This document shows positions 10,579-20,072 of a stretch of 59,427 nt of DNA, piece after piece. Location of the stretch: contig JAHWKT010000004.1 of assembly GCA_019347695.1 (NCBI GenBank), positions 9,616-69,042 on the forward strand. The letters are read 5' to 3'. Each line of letters opens with the position of its first letter. Position 1 is the first letter of the stretch. Origin of the DNA: Actinomycetota bacterium (GTDB lineage: Bacteria > Actinomycetota > Nitriliruptoria > Euzebyales > JAHELV01). The notes under the pieces were generated by a model. The model ran no database searches. It worked only from the letters and a program-made list of their open reading frames with translations, and was not told the DNA's origin. A program made the position numbers and the translations under genes.

Positions 10579-11340
10579 TCACGTGGGACGCACGGGCCCG
10601 GAACGCACGTCGTACCGTTCGTCCCACGGCAGCAGGATCTGCGTGCCTTCCACCATGGGCTGGACCCTGGTCACCGCGTGGTCCGCCGCGGCCGCCATGG
10701 CGGCGGTCACCGAGGTGTGGCTGACGACATCGCGCATCGTGTAGTACGTCGGTGGCAGCATCATGAGGTCGTCTCCCTCAGTCGATGCCGCCCACGCCTC
10801 CTCGACGACCTCGTCGTCGTGTGGCGTGATCACCGCCCTGTCGGGGAGGCGGGCGAGAAAGAACCGCGTGTCGTAGCGCCGCGGCTCGCTGTCGGGTGTG
10901 ACCCACCACGCCCAGTAGCGCAGCAGCGAGGTGTCGAGCTCCACCCCGAGCTCCTGGACGATCTCGGCGAAGGTGTGCGTGTCGGCCAGCAGCGCTCGTC
11001 TGGCGTCGACGACCGCACCGGCGTCGGGGCCTGCGGAGACGAGCAGGATGCCCGACTCCTCCAGGGTCTCCCGATATGCGGCGACGACGTGGGCACGCGC
11101 CAGTCCCTCTGTCACACCCATCACTGCAGCCCAGTGCGCCGGCCGGGGTCCCGTCCAGTAGCGGTCGATCGACGGATCCGCGTCGGCCTCGTCGACGCGC
11201 CCACCCGGAAAGACCCACAGCCCGCCCGCGAAGTGCATGGCCCGCGGCCGGCGTTGCAGATAGACCTCCACACCCGCCGGGCCGTCCCGGATCACCAGGA
11301 CCGTCGACGCAGGTCGAGGCGAGGCTGCGGTGTCGGCCAC
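10579..11340 (-). CDS. NUDIX hydrolase
   Basis: 253-aa ORF with a Nudix box (FPGGRVDE...RETLEESGILL). The GTG start directly follows an in-frame TAG (see findings). Confidence 0.85.
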   Translation of the reverse strand: MADTAASPRPASTVLVIRDGPAGVEVYLQRRPRAMHFAGGLWVFPGGRVDEADADPSIDRYWTGPRPAHWAAVMGVTEGLARAHVVAAYRETLEESGILLVSAGPDAGAVVDARRALLADTHTFAEIVQELGVELDTSLLRYWAWWVTPDSEPRRYDTRFFLARLPDRAVITPHDDEVVEEAWAASTEGDDLMMLPPTYYTMRDVVSHTSVTAAMAAAADHAVTRVQPMVEGTQILLPWDERYDVRSGPVRPT

Positions 11341-11559
11341 CTACCCGACACCCTCGACGGGCACGACCACCGGCGGTGCGGCGAGCCCGCCGCCGGTGGA
11401 GTCGACGATGGCGATGTCTAGCGTCATGCCGGCATCCTGCCACGCAGGGACTCGCCACCGAATCCTGACCGCTGTCGACCGGCGTCGAGGTAGGTTCGTG
11501 GGTCGACCGCGGACACGCCCAGCGGAGATCGGCAGGCGTGCCCAGAGGAGGATGTCCGT

Positions 11560-12243
11560 GTGCTGCTGCGACTGATCCGTCACGCCCAGCCGGCGTATGT
11601 CGTGGACGGCGCCCTGTACAACGACCCGGAGCTGACCGCGCTCGGCCACACGCAGGCGCAGATGCTCGCGGACCGCGACTGGGGCCGGGTTGACGAGCTG
11701 TGGCTCTCGCCGATGGTGCGTGCCCAGCAGACCGCCACGCCGCTGGCCGAGTGTCTCGGGCTGACACCCATCACCCAGGACTGGATGCACGAGATCGCCG
11801 CGCCGGCCGACTGGGAGGGCAGCCCCGTCGACAAGCTCGACGAGCTGTTCGCGCGTTACAACCTGCGCGCGATCGAGGAGTTGTGGGAGGGTCTGCCCGG
11901 CGGCGAGTCGTTCCGCGACTTCCACGAGCGTGTCGTCGGCGGCCTCACCGCAACGTTGGCCGGGTACGGGGCCGAGCCCATCGTGACCGACGACGACCAC
12001 CCCAACCTGTGGTCCGAGCCGTCGGACGTCAGCATCCTGTTCCTCGCGCATGGTGGTACGAACGCCGTGGTGCTGACCCATCTGCTGGGGGCCGAGCCCA
12101 CGCCGTGGGAGTGGGACCGGTTCGACTCGGCGCACACGTCTGTCGCCACGCTGCGCACCCGCCGGGTCGCCCACGCGGTCGCCTTCGGCATGACCGGATT
12201 CGGCGACGTCAGCCACCTGGCCGCGGACCTGGTCACCCGGTAG
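11560..12243 (+). CDS. histidine phosphatase (phosphoglycerate mutase) family protein
   Basis: 227-aa ORF with the N-terminal RHG-type motif LRLIRHAQP. Confidence 0.85.
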   Translation: MLLRLIRHAQPAYVVDGALYNDPELTALGHTQAQMLADRDWGRVDELWLSPMVRAQQTATPLAECLGLTPITQDWMHEIAAPADWEGSPVDKLDELFARYNLRAIEELWEGLPGGESFRDFHERVVGGLTATLAGYGAEPIVTDDDHPNLWSEPSDVSILFLAHGGTNAVVLTHLLGAEPTPWEWDRFDSAHTSVATLRTRRVAHAVAFGMTGFGDVSHLAADLVTR

Positions 12244-12281
12244 CGCCGTCTTGCCGCCCTGCGACCTACGCGGACGGATGG

Positions 12282-12986
12282 TCAGCCGACGGGCAGGGTG
12301 CGCTGGAGGAACTGGGCCGTGATGCCCCAGGCGGTCACCGCGTTGCGCGGCTGGTGGAACTGTTCGCTGAACGCGTTGTCGAACGCGTGACCGCCGGTCG
12401 GGTACCGCTCGAACTGCACGCCGGTCATGCCCGCGGTGGCGGCCTCGACCCGGTCGACCGACTCGACCGGCGTGTACTGGTCCTGCTCGCCGAAGTGGAA
12501 CAGAATCGGGCAGCTGATGCCGCGCATCGCCGCGAGCGCGTCGGGAATCGCCGAGCCGTAGTAGGACACGCAGGTGTCGGGCTCGGCGAGCGACGCGACG
12601 TGGTACGCGAGCGCACCACCCAGGCAGAAGCCCAGGATGCCGGTGCCGTCGGTCACCCCGTCGACGTCGCGCAGGTGGCCGAGTGCGGCGATCAGGTCCC
12701 CGACCGCGGCCTGCGGGTCGAGCTCGCTGGCGAACTGGAACGCGGTGTCGAGATCGTTGTCGGAGATGGCGGCGCCGGCCTCGACGCGCCAGTACAGGTC
12801 GGGTGCCATGACCACATACCCCAGACGCGCGAGCCGGTCGGCGCTGAACGCCAGGTAGTCGCTGATACCGAAGATCTCCTGCACGAGCAGGAGGCCCGGT
12901 CCCGTGCCTGAGGCCGGTCGGCGCAGCAGCGCGCCGAGCTGGTCGCCCTCGGTCGTGGCGATCACGTGGTTGAGGCGGTCGATCAT
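12282..12986 (-). CDS. dienelactone hydrolase family protein
   Basis: 234-aa ORF with LLVQEIFGISDY, the nucleophile elbow GFCLGG and a C-terminal GGHAF. Confidence 0.85.
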   Translation of the reverse strand: MIDRLNHVIATTEGDQLGALLRRPASGTGPGLLLVQEIFGISDYLAFSADRLARLGYVVMAPDLYWRVEAGAAISDNDLDTAFQFASELDPQAAVGDLIAALGHLRDVDGVTDGTGILGFCLGGALAYHVASLAEPDTCVSYYGSAIPDALAAMRGISCPILFHFGEQDQYTPVESVDRVEAATAGMTGVQFERYPTGGHAFDNAFSEQFHQPRNAVTAWGITAQFLQRTLPVG

Positions 12987-13071
12987 CAGCTCCCCGAGCG
13001 GTGGTGTGCGTCGGCGACCTTACCCCAGCGTCGTCGGACGGTTAGGATCTGCGCTCCAGGAGGTGGGATGC

Positions 13072-14445
13072 GTGCGCACCGTTGATTCGCTCGTCGAGCT
13101 CGTCGGCGACACGCCATTGGTCCGGCTGCGTCGATTCTCCGCGAAGGTGGCGCCGACGATCCTCGCGAAGGTCGAGTACCTCAACCCTGGCGGGAGCGTG
13201 AAGGACCGCATCGGCCTGGCGATGATCGAGGCCGCGGAGCGGGACGGGCTGCTCGGGCCCGGCGGCACGATCGTCGAGCCGACCAGCGGCAACACCGGGG
13301 TCGGCCTGGCGATGGTCGCGATCGAACGGGGCTATCGCAGCGTGTTCGTCATGCCCGACAAGGTCAGTGATGAGAAGGTCGATCTGCTCCGCGCGTACGG
13401 CGCCGAGGTGGTGGTGTGCCCCACCGCGGTGGAACCCGACGATCCCCGCAGCTACTACCGCACGGCGGACCGGCTGACCAGGGAGATCTCCGGGGCGTTC
13501 CAGCCGAACCAGTACGCCAACGACGCGAACCCCGCGGCGCACGAGGCGTCGACCGGCCCGGAGATCTGGGAGCAGACCGACGGTCGCATCGACGTGTTCG
13601 TGGCGGGCGTCGGCACGGGTGGGACCATCACCGGGGTCGGCCGGTACCTCAAGGAGCGCAATCGCGACGTGCACATCGTCGGTGCCGATCCCGAGGGGTC
13701 GGTGTACTCCGGTGACGAGCCGCGGCCATACCTGGTCGAGGGGGTCGGCGAGGATTTCTGGCCGTCGACGTTCGACGCCGAGGTCGTGGACCGCTTCGTG
13801 CGGGTCAGTGACCGCCAGTCCTTCCTTGCCGCCCGCGAGCTGGCGCACACCGAGGGCATCCTCACCGGTGGATCGTGTGGCACGGCGGCCCACGCAGCGC
13901 GGGTGGTGGCGGCGGAGTATCCCCCGGATGCCGTGATCGTCGTGCTGCTGCCTGACTCGGGGCGCGGCTACCTGTCGAAGCTGTACAACGACGATTGGAT
14001 GGCGGCGAACGGCTTCCTCGATCGGCGCAGCGGGGCCACGCGGCTCGCGACGGTCGTCGCGGCGAAGCAGCGCCGGCTGCCGGCCATCGTCCACATGCAC
14101 CCCGACGAGAGCGTGCGCCAGGCGATCGCGATCCTGCACGAGTTCGACGTCAGCCAGATGCCGGTGGTCAAGCGCGACACGGTCGAGTCACGCGACGACG
14201 TGATCGGCAGCATCCACGAGCGGGGCTTGCTCGAACGCGTTTACCGCGATCCGGCGGTGTTGGACGCCGCGGTCGCGGATGTCATGAGCCGACCGCTGCC
14301 GATGGTCGACGGACGTGACACCGTCGAGTCGATCATGGGATGGTTCACCGCCGACGAGCAGGCGGTACTCGTGTGCGACGGTCCGGTGCCCAACGGCGTG
14401 CTCACGCGCTCAGATGTCCTCGACTACCTGGTGGGACCATCATGA
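13072..14445 (+). CDS. cystathionine beta-synthase (PLP domain plus tandem CBS domains)
   Basis: GTG at 13072 follows GGAGGTGGG. Motifs: LVGDTPLVRL, NPGGSVKDR, EPTSGNTG. The C-terminus carries two CBS modules. Confidence 0.9.
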   Translation: MRTVDSLVELVGDTPLVRLRRFSAKVAPTILAKVEYLNPGGSVKDRIGLAMIEAAERDGLLGPGGTIVEPTSGNTGVGLAMVAIERGYRSVFVMPDKVSDEKVDLLRAYGAEVVVCPTAVEPDDPRSYYRTADRLTREISGAFQPNQYANDANPAAHEASTGPEIWEQTDGRIDVFVAGVGTGGTITGVGRYLKERNRDVHIVGADPEGSVYSGDEPRPYLVEGVGEDFWPSTFDAEVVDRFVRVSDRQSFLAARELAHTEGILTGGSCGTAAHAARVVAAEYPPDAVIVVLLPDSGRGYLSKLYNDDWMAANGFLDRRSGATRLATVVAAKQRRLPAIVHMHPDESVRQAIAILHEFDVSQMPVVKRDTVESRDDVIGSIHERGLLERVYRDPAVLDAAVADVMSRPLPMVDGRDTVESIMGWFTADEQAVLVCDGPVPNGVLTRSDVLDYLVGPS

Positions 14446-14482
14446 GAAGTACCTCACGTAGCGTAGGGGTGGGTCGCAGCGC

Positions 14483-15625
14483 ATGACGGACTGGAGCTCG
14501 GCAGGATTCGCGACCCGTGCCATCCATGCGGGCCAGGAGCCCGAACCGCGCACCGGCGCCGTCACGGTGCCCGTGTACCAGACCTCCACGTTCGCGCAGA
14601 CCGAGGTCGGCCAGCACCGCGGTTGGGACTACGCGCGCAGTGGCAACCCGACCCGCGACGCCCTGGAGACGGCGCTCGCATCGTTGGAGCGCGGTGCACA
14701 TGGCGTAGCGTTCAGCTCCGGGCTCGCGGCGGCCGACGCGGTGCTGCGGACGCTCGACCCCGGCGACCACGTGCTGCTGGCCAACGACGTCTACGGCGGC
14801 ACGTACCGGCAGTTCTCCCGTGTCCACGAGCCGTGGGGACTGGGGTTCGATCCGGTCGACCTCACCGACCCGCCGGCGGTCGAGGCCGGATGGCGGCCCG
14901 AGACGCGCATGGTGTGGATCGAGACGCCGACCAACCCACTGATGGCGGTGGTGGACATCGCCGCGCTGACTCAGACCGCGCACGATCGCGACGCGCTGGT
15001 CGTCGTCGACAACACGTTCGCCACGCCGTACCTACAGCAACCGCTGCCGCTGGGCGCCGACGTTGTGGTGCACTCGACGACCAAGTACCTGGGTGGCCAC
15101 AGCGACGTGGTCGGTGGCGCCGTCATCAGCAGCGACGACCGCCTCGCCGAGCGGATCCGGTTCCTGCAGAACGCCGTGGGCGGCGTGCCGGGCCCCTGGG
15201 ACGCGTGGCTGGTGCTGCGGGGATTGAAGACGCTGGCCGCGCGGATGCGCGTCCACTGCGACAACGCCCGCGCGGTGGTCGCCGCGCTCGCCGAGCTCGA
15301 GGCCGTCCGCGAGGTGTTGTGGCCGGGTCTGGAATCCCATCCCGGCCACGCGGTGGCTCGCCGGCAGATGCGTGACTTCGGCGGCATGGTCTCGTTTCGC
15401 ATGGCCAACGAGGCGGCCGCGCTGGCGGCGTGCGCCAGGTTCGAGGTCTTCACGCTGGCCGAGTCGCTGGGCGGGGTGGAGTCCCTCGTCGAACATCCTG
15501 GTCAGATGACTCACCAGTCGGTCGCCGGCTCCCCGCTGGAGGTCCCCGGTGACCTCGTCCGGCTCTCGGTCGGCATCGAGGACGCCGACGACCTCGTCGC
15601 CGACGTCCGCAAAGCGATCGCCTGA
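14483..15625 (+). CDS. cystathionine gamma-lyase/gamma-synthase family PLP enzyme
   Basis: 380-aa ORF with TRAIHAGQEPE, YARSGNPTR, HSTTKYLGGHSD (PLP lysine) and LAESLGGVESL. Confidence 0.9.
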   Translation: MTDWSSAGFATRAIHAGQEPEPRTGAVTVPVYQTSTFAQTEVGQHRGWDYARSGNPTRDALETALASLERGAHGVAFSSGLAAADAVLRTLDPGDHVLLANDVYGGTYRQFSRVHEPWGLGFDPVDLTDPPAVEAGWRPETRMVWIETPTNPLMAVVDIAALTQTAHDRDALVVVDNTFATPYLQQPLPLGADVVVHSTTKYLGGHSDVVGGAVISSDDRLAERIRFLQNAVGGVPGPWDAWLVLRGLKTLAARMRVHCDNARAVVAALAELEAVREVLWPGLESHPGHAVARRQMRDFGGMVSFRMANEAAALAACARFEVFTLAESLGGVESLVEHPGQMTHQSVAGSPLEVPGDLVRLSVGIEDADDLVADVRKAIA

Positions 15626-15647
15626 CCTTGTAGGGACCGGGACCGAG

Positions 15648-16259
15648 ATGTCCACAGATCCCCGCGATGACGGCACCGCCGACGCTGCGGCCCCGTACGC
15701 TGCTTCCATGAGCGCAGAGCTGACATGGGGAGCGCCGGTCACGTATGCGGACCTGCAACGGATGCCCGACGACGGGCACCGCCGCGAGCTCATCGACGGA
15801 CAGCTGCTCGTGACCCCGTCGCCGATTCCGCTGCACCAGCTCTGCGTCGCCCGGATCTACGATCGGCTCGCTGCCGCGGCGCCGGACGATACCGTCGTGC
15901 TGTTCGCGCCACTGGACTGGAAGATCAGTGACCTGTCGGTCGTCGAGCCGGACGTGCTGGTCACGCACCCCGACGATGTCGACGGCGCCTATCTGTCCGA
16001 CACGCCCCTGCTCGTCGTCGAGGTGCTGTCGCCGTCGACGCGGCTGACCGACCTCGGGAGCAAGCGCATGCTGTACGAGCGCTCCGGCGTCGGCGACTAC
16101 TGGATCGTCGACCCCGCGGTGCCCCGCCTGACGGCGCTGCGCCTCGAGGAGGACACGTACCGGGAGGTGGACACCGTCGACGGGCATCACGAGCATCGCG
16201 CGACCACACCGTTCACCGTCCGGATCCGACCATCGGACCTCGTCGCGACGTCGCCGTAA
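15648..16259 (+). CDS. Uma2 (DUF820) family restriction-endonuclease-like protein
   Basis: ATG at 15648. Motifs: GHRRELIDGQLLVTPSP, VVEPDVLV, PLLVVEVLSPST, YERSGVGDYWIVD. Confidence 0.8.
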   Translation: MSTDPRDDGTADAAAPYAASMSAELTWGAPVTYADLQRMPDDGHRRELIDGQLLVTPSPIPLHQLCVARIYDRLAAAAPDDTVVLFAPLDWKISDLSVVEPDVLVTHPDDVDGAYLSDTPLLVVEVLSPSTRLTDLGSKRMLYERSGVGDYWIVDPAVPRLTALRLEEDTYREVDTVDGHHEHRATTPFTVRIRPSDLVATSP

Positions 16260-16901
16260 CCGCCGCCGGCCGCACGTCGATTGGTGCCAAGTCGACGGCC
16301 CGTCCCATAGCGGGCGTCGGTGGCCGTGCTCGTGCACCCATCCCATGAGCGTGTGGTACGCCGGAGCCAGCTGATCGTAGGGTCCACGATGGACCGTGCT
16401 GGCCACGACGTGGGCCGGTCGGTCGACGCGGGCCACCTCGCCGTCGAGCTCCGTGCCGTCGGCGACCGGCACACAGATGTCGATGTCGCCGCCGGTCTGC
16501 TCGTCGATGACCGCGTGGTAGACGACGAACGGCGCGCCGTCGGCCGTCGCGCCAGCTGCACCGAGCTGCGCCATGATCGAGCCGAAACCGGCCTCCAGAT
16601 CGGCCGCGATGCGACCGAGGTTCGTGTGCGTGCGAACGGTCGCGACGGCCTGGCGCGCGACCTCCTTGATGGTGACGTCGTACTGCATGATGGGCTCCCT
16701 CCGGTCGATGAGTCGTTCGAGGAACCGCAACATGCGTTCGTCCTCGGCGCGGTTCGCCTGTCGGAGCCCGTAGTACCGGTACCCCGACGACGGGTCCACC
16801 CACGTCGGTTCGAGCAGGCCGAGCTCGCCGTACAGACGCAGCGCCTTCACCGACAGCCGGGTCATCCTCGAGAACCGGCCGATCGGAACGAGATGGTGCA
16901 T
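16260..16901 (-). CDS. MerR-family regulator with GyrI-like effector domain; 3' end unresolved
   Basis: N-terminal HTH IGRFSRMTRLSVKALRLYGELGLLEPTWVDPSSGYRYY followed by a GyrI-like domain (VHRGPYDQLAPAYHTLMGWVHEHGH). The reading frame has no stop until 15450, so it runs antisense through the whole Uma2 gene. Confidence 0.6.
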
Positions 16902-17307
16902 TGGTTCCTCCTTGGCGCTCCCACTGTGGAGTCTCCTCCAGGGGACGAGTCAAGCCGGTGCCACGGCACGGGGCGACAGATGTTCGTAGCCACCGACGCC
17001 CGCCGGCTCGAGCACGACGTCGACCTCCCCGGCACGCGTGATGAACGTCATCACTGGCGGCACGAAGGTCCGCTCATCGAGCGGTATGTCCAGGCCAGCC
17101 CGGGTCAGACACGTTGGCCGCCCCGAAGAACTCCGCCGCCACAACGAGCCCGAGCAGGCGCTGTTCAGGCGTCAACAGGAGCATGCGCTGGATCAGGACA
17201 AGATCGCCTGGTCCGTCCGACTGCTCTGGTGAGGTCCGCTCCATCTCGAGTCTGACTGATCATGGCATATGACCGCCGGATGTCGGGCAAGCCGTTCCGA
17301 GAACATC

Positions 17308-17338
17308 TTGCCCAAAGCGCGTCAAGCCAGGTTATGAT
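17308..17338 (+). promoter_or_regulatory. candidate promoter giving a leaderless clpB mRNA
   Basis: TTGCCC (17308-17313) and TATGAT (17333-17338) lie in a locally AT-rich stretch. The -10 ends 6 nt before the clpB ATG and there is no Shine-Dalgarno. The 19-nt spacer is longer than ideal. Confidence 0.3.
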
Positions 17339-17344
17339 TGACTC

Positions 17345-19924
17345 ATGAATGTTGAGCGCCTTACTGTAAAGTCTCGCGACGTGCTCCAGCAGGCGGTCGC
17401 GCTCGCTGCTGCGCGTGGAAGTCCCGACATCGACAGCCTGCACCTGCTGCACGCGCTGCTCGACGAGTCCGAGGGTGCCGTGCAGCCGACACTGCTGCGG
17501 CTGGGGGCAACGCCGTCGCAGCTGCGTGCTGCCACGACGTCTGCGCTGGACACCTTGCCGGCGGCGCGCGGCTCGACGACGCAGCAGCCGGGGATGAACC
17601 GGCGGTTGTCGGCGACCTTGGACCGCGCCGAGCAGCGTGCGGGCGAGCTCGGCGACGAGTACACGTCGACCGAGCACCTGCTGCTCGCATTGGCCGACGA
17701 CGATGGTCCGGCCGGTAACGTGCTGCGACAGGCGGGCGTGCACGGCGACGCCCTGCTGACCGCGCTGCGCGGGGTCCGCGGCAACCAGAAGGTCACCTCG
17801 CCGACGCCCGAGGGCACCTACCAGGCACTGGAGAAGTACGCCGTCGACCTGACCGATGCGGCGCGCAAGGGCGAGCTCGATCCTGTGATCGGCCGCGACG
17901 AGGAGATCCGGCGCGTCATCCAGGTGCTGTCGCGGCGCACCAAGAACAACCCGGTCCTCATCGGTGACCCCGGCGTCGGCAAGACCGCGATCGTGGAGGG
18001 GCTCGCACAGCGCATCGTCGCCGGTGACGTGCCGTCGAGCCTGACCGACCGCCAGCTGGTGGCGCTCGACCTGTCGTCGATGATCGCGGGCGCGAAGTAC
18101 CGCGGCGAGTTCGAGGAGCGGCTCAAGGCAGTGCTGTCGGAGATCTCCTCGGCCGAGGGGCGCATCATCACCTTCGTCGACGAGCTGCACACGATCGTGG
18201 GTGCGGGCAAGGCTGAGGGTGCGGTCGACGCCGGCAACATGCTCAAGCCGATGCTCGCGCGCGGGCAGCTGCGCATGATCGGCGCGACGACGCTGGACGA
18301 GTACCGCGACGTTGAGAAGGACAAGGCGCTGGAGCGACGCTTCCAGCCGGTGATGGTGGGCGAACCCAGCATCGAGGACACCGTCGCGATCCTGCGCGGC
18401 CTCAAGGAGCGCTATGAGGTCCATCACGGCGTCCGGATCACCGACTCTGCGCTGGTGTCGGCGGCGAAGTTGAGCGACCGCTACCTCACCGAGCGGTTCC
18501 TGCCGGACAAGGCGATCGACCTGATCGACGAGGCGACCAGTCGGCTGCGGATCGAGATCGACTCTATGCCGAACGAGATCGACGTGTTGGACCGCCGTGC
18601 CAAGCAGCTCGAGATCGAGCGCACCGCGCTGGAGGACAGCGTCGAGGACGACGAGGCCGCCGCCGAGCGACTCGAGCAGATCACCGAGGAGCTCGGTGCG
18701 CTGACCAACCAGCTGGCGCAGATGAAGGCCCACTGGGAGGCCGAGAAGGCCGCAATCGACCGCATCCGCGACCGTAAGCAGACCATCGAGCAGGCGCGCG
18801 AGGAGGCGGAGCGCGCCGAACGCGACGGCGAGCTGCAGCGGGCCGCCGAGCTGCGCTACGGCACCATCCCGAACGCCGAGAAGGAGCTCGAGGTCGCCAA
18901 CGCGGCGCTCGAGGAGCTGCAGGCCGAGCGCAAGATGCTGCGCGAGGAGGTCGACGCCGACGACATCGCCGAGGTGGTGTCCCGCTGGACCGGCATCCCG
19001 GTGTCGCGCCTGGTCGAGGGCGAACGCGACAAGCTGCTCCGACTGGAGGACACGCTGCACCAGCGGGTGGTCGGCCAGGACGAGGCGGTCAGCGCGGTGG
19101 CCGACGCCGTCCGTCGGTCGCGGGCGGGGCTGGCTGATCCCGACCGTCCGCTGGGGTCGTTCCTGTTCCTCGGCCCCACTGGCGTCGGCAAGACCGAGCT
19201 GGCGCGCACGCTGGCCGAGTTCCTCTTCGACGACGAGCGGTCAATGATCCGCCTCGACATGGGCGAGTTCCAGGAGAAGCACACCGTGTCACGGCTGGTC
19301 GGTGCGCCACCGGGCTACGTCGGCTACGAGGAGGGCGGGCAGCTGACCGAGCCTGTCCGGCGCCGCCCCTACTCCGTCGTGCTGCTCGACGAGGTCGAGA
19401 AGGCGCACGCCGATGTGTTCAACACGCTGCTGCAGGTGCTCGACGACGGCAGGCTCACCGATGGGCAGGGCCGTACGGTCGACTTCCGCAACACTGTGCT
19501 GATCATGACGTCCAACCTGGGCAGCCAGTACATCCTCGACCCGACCGAGAGCGACGAGGTCATATCCGAACGGGTGATGGCGGCGGTGCGCGAGCACTTC
19601 CGTCCGGAGTTCCTCAACCGCCTCGACGAGGTGCTGATCTTCAACCGTCTGTCGCGCGCGCACCTGCGCCAGATCGTCGACGTGCAGCTCGACCGCGTGC
19701 GCGTGCGGTTCGCCCAGCGCGACCTGTCGCTGGAGCTGACCGACGCGGCGAAGGACTGGCTCGCCGATCGTGGGTTCGACCCGGTCTACGGTGCCCGCCC
19801 GCTCAAGCGGGTCATCCGCAAGGAGCTGGAGGACCGCGTGGCGCTCGCGCTGCTCGGCGGGGACGTCACCGAGGGACAGACCATCAAGGTCGACGTCGCC
19901 GACGGCGGTCTGGTGATCAGCTGA
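17345..19924 (+). CDS. clpB: ATP-dependent chaperone ClpB
   Basis: 859-aa ORF with two AAA+ modules ([17 protein letters not shown]), a coiled-coil middle domain and an N-terminus colinear with known ClpB proteins. Confidence 0.97.
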   Translation: MNVERLTVKSRDVLQQAVALAAARGSPDIDSLHLLHALLDESEGAVQPTLLRLGATPSQLRAATTSALDTLPAARGSTTQQPGMNRRLSATLDRAEQRAGELGDEYTSTEHLLLALADDDGPAGNVLRQAGVHGDALLTALRGVRGNQKVTSPTPEGTYQALEKYAVDLTDAARKGELDPVIGRDEEIRRVIQVLSRRTKNNPVLIGDPGVGKTAIVEGLAQRIVAGDVPSSLTDRQLVALDLSSMIAGAKYRGEFEERLKAVLSEISSAEGRIITFVDELHTIVGAGKAEGAVDAGNMLKPMLARGQLRMIGATTLDEYRDVEKDKALERRFQPVMVGEPSIEDTVAILRGLKERYEVHHGVRITDSALVSAAKLSDRYLTERFLPDKAIDLIDEATSRLRIEIDSMPNEIDVLDRRAKQLEIERTALEDSVEDDEAAAERLEQITEELGALTNQLAQMKAHWEAEKAAIDRIRDRKQTIEQAREEAERAERDGELQRAAELRYGTIPNAEKELEVANAALEELQAERKMLREEVDADDIAEVVSRWTGIPVSRLVEGERDKLLRLEDTLHQRVVGQDEAVSAVADAVRRSRAGLADPDRPLGSFLFLGPTGVGKTELARTLAEFLFDDERSMIRLDMGEFQEKHTVSRLVGAPPGYVGYEEGGQLTEPVRRRPYSVVLLDEVEKAHADVFNTLLQVLDDGRLTDGQGRTVDFRNTVLIMTSNLGSQYILDPTESDEVISERVMAAVREHFRPEFLNRLDEVLIFNRLSRAHLRQIVDVQLDRVRVRFAQRDLSLELTDAAKDWLADRGFDPVYGARPLKRVIRKELEDRVALALLGGDVTEGQTIKVDVADGGLVIS

Positions 19925-19928
19925 CCCG

Positions 19929-20050
19929 CCGGTCTGGGGACGAATCTCACCGCCCAGCGCGGCCTCGTTCCCCAGATCAGCACGACCGACCGGTCTGGGG
20001 ACGAATCTCACCGCCCAGCGCAAGCTCGTTCCCCAGGTCAGGGGCGGGGG
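19929..20050. repeat. two tandem 61-nt units, each forming a 14-bp bulged hairpin
   Basis: CCGGTCTGGGGACGAATCTCACCGCCCAGCGC(GGC/AAG)CTCGTTCCCCAG(A/G)TCA occurs at 19929 and again at 19990. The arms GGTCTGGGGACGA and TCGTTCCCCAGATC pair. Confidence 0.85.
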
Positions 20051-20072
20051 TTCGGCGGCTACGATCGGCGCC

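Noticed and set aside
17330-17375. HspR HAIR operator (CTTGAGT-n7-ACTCAAG) or ClgR box upstream of clpB
   Set aside because: Only a 4-5-bp imperfect inverted repeat (ACTCA-n7-TGAGC) spans the ATG. This is too weak to call.
17165-19060. 631-aa minus-strand ORF
   Set aside because: It is fully antisense to clpB. The composition is Arg/Leu/Gly/Asp-rich and typical of the mirror frame of a GC-rich gene, with no recognisable motifs.
19929-20050. Possible CRISPR array (also considered for 53489-53690)
   Set aside because: There are only two directly abutting 61-nt units with no unique spacers. The second locus is an in-frame coding repeat. No cas genes are present in the window.
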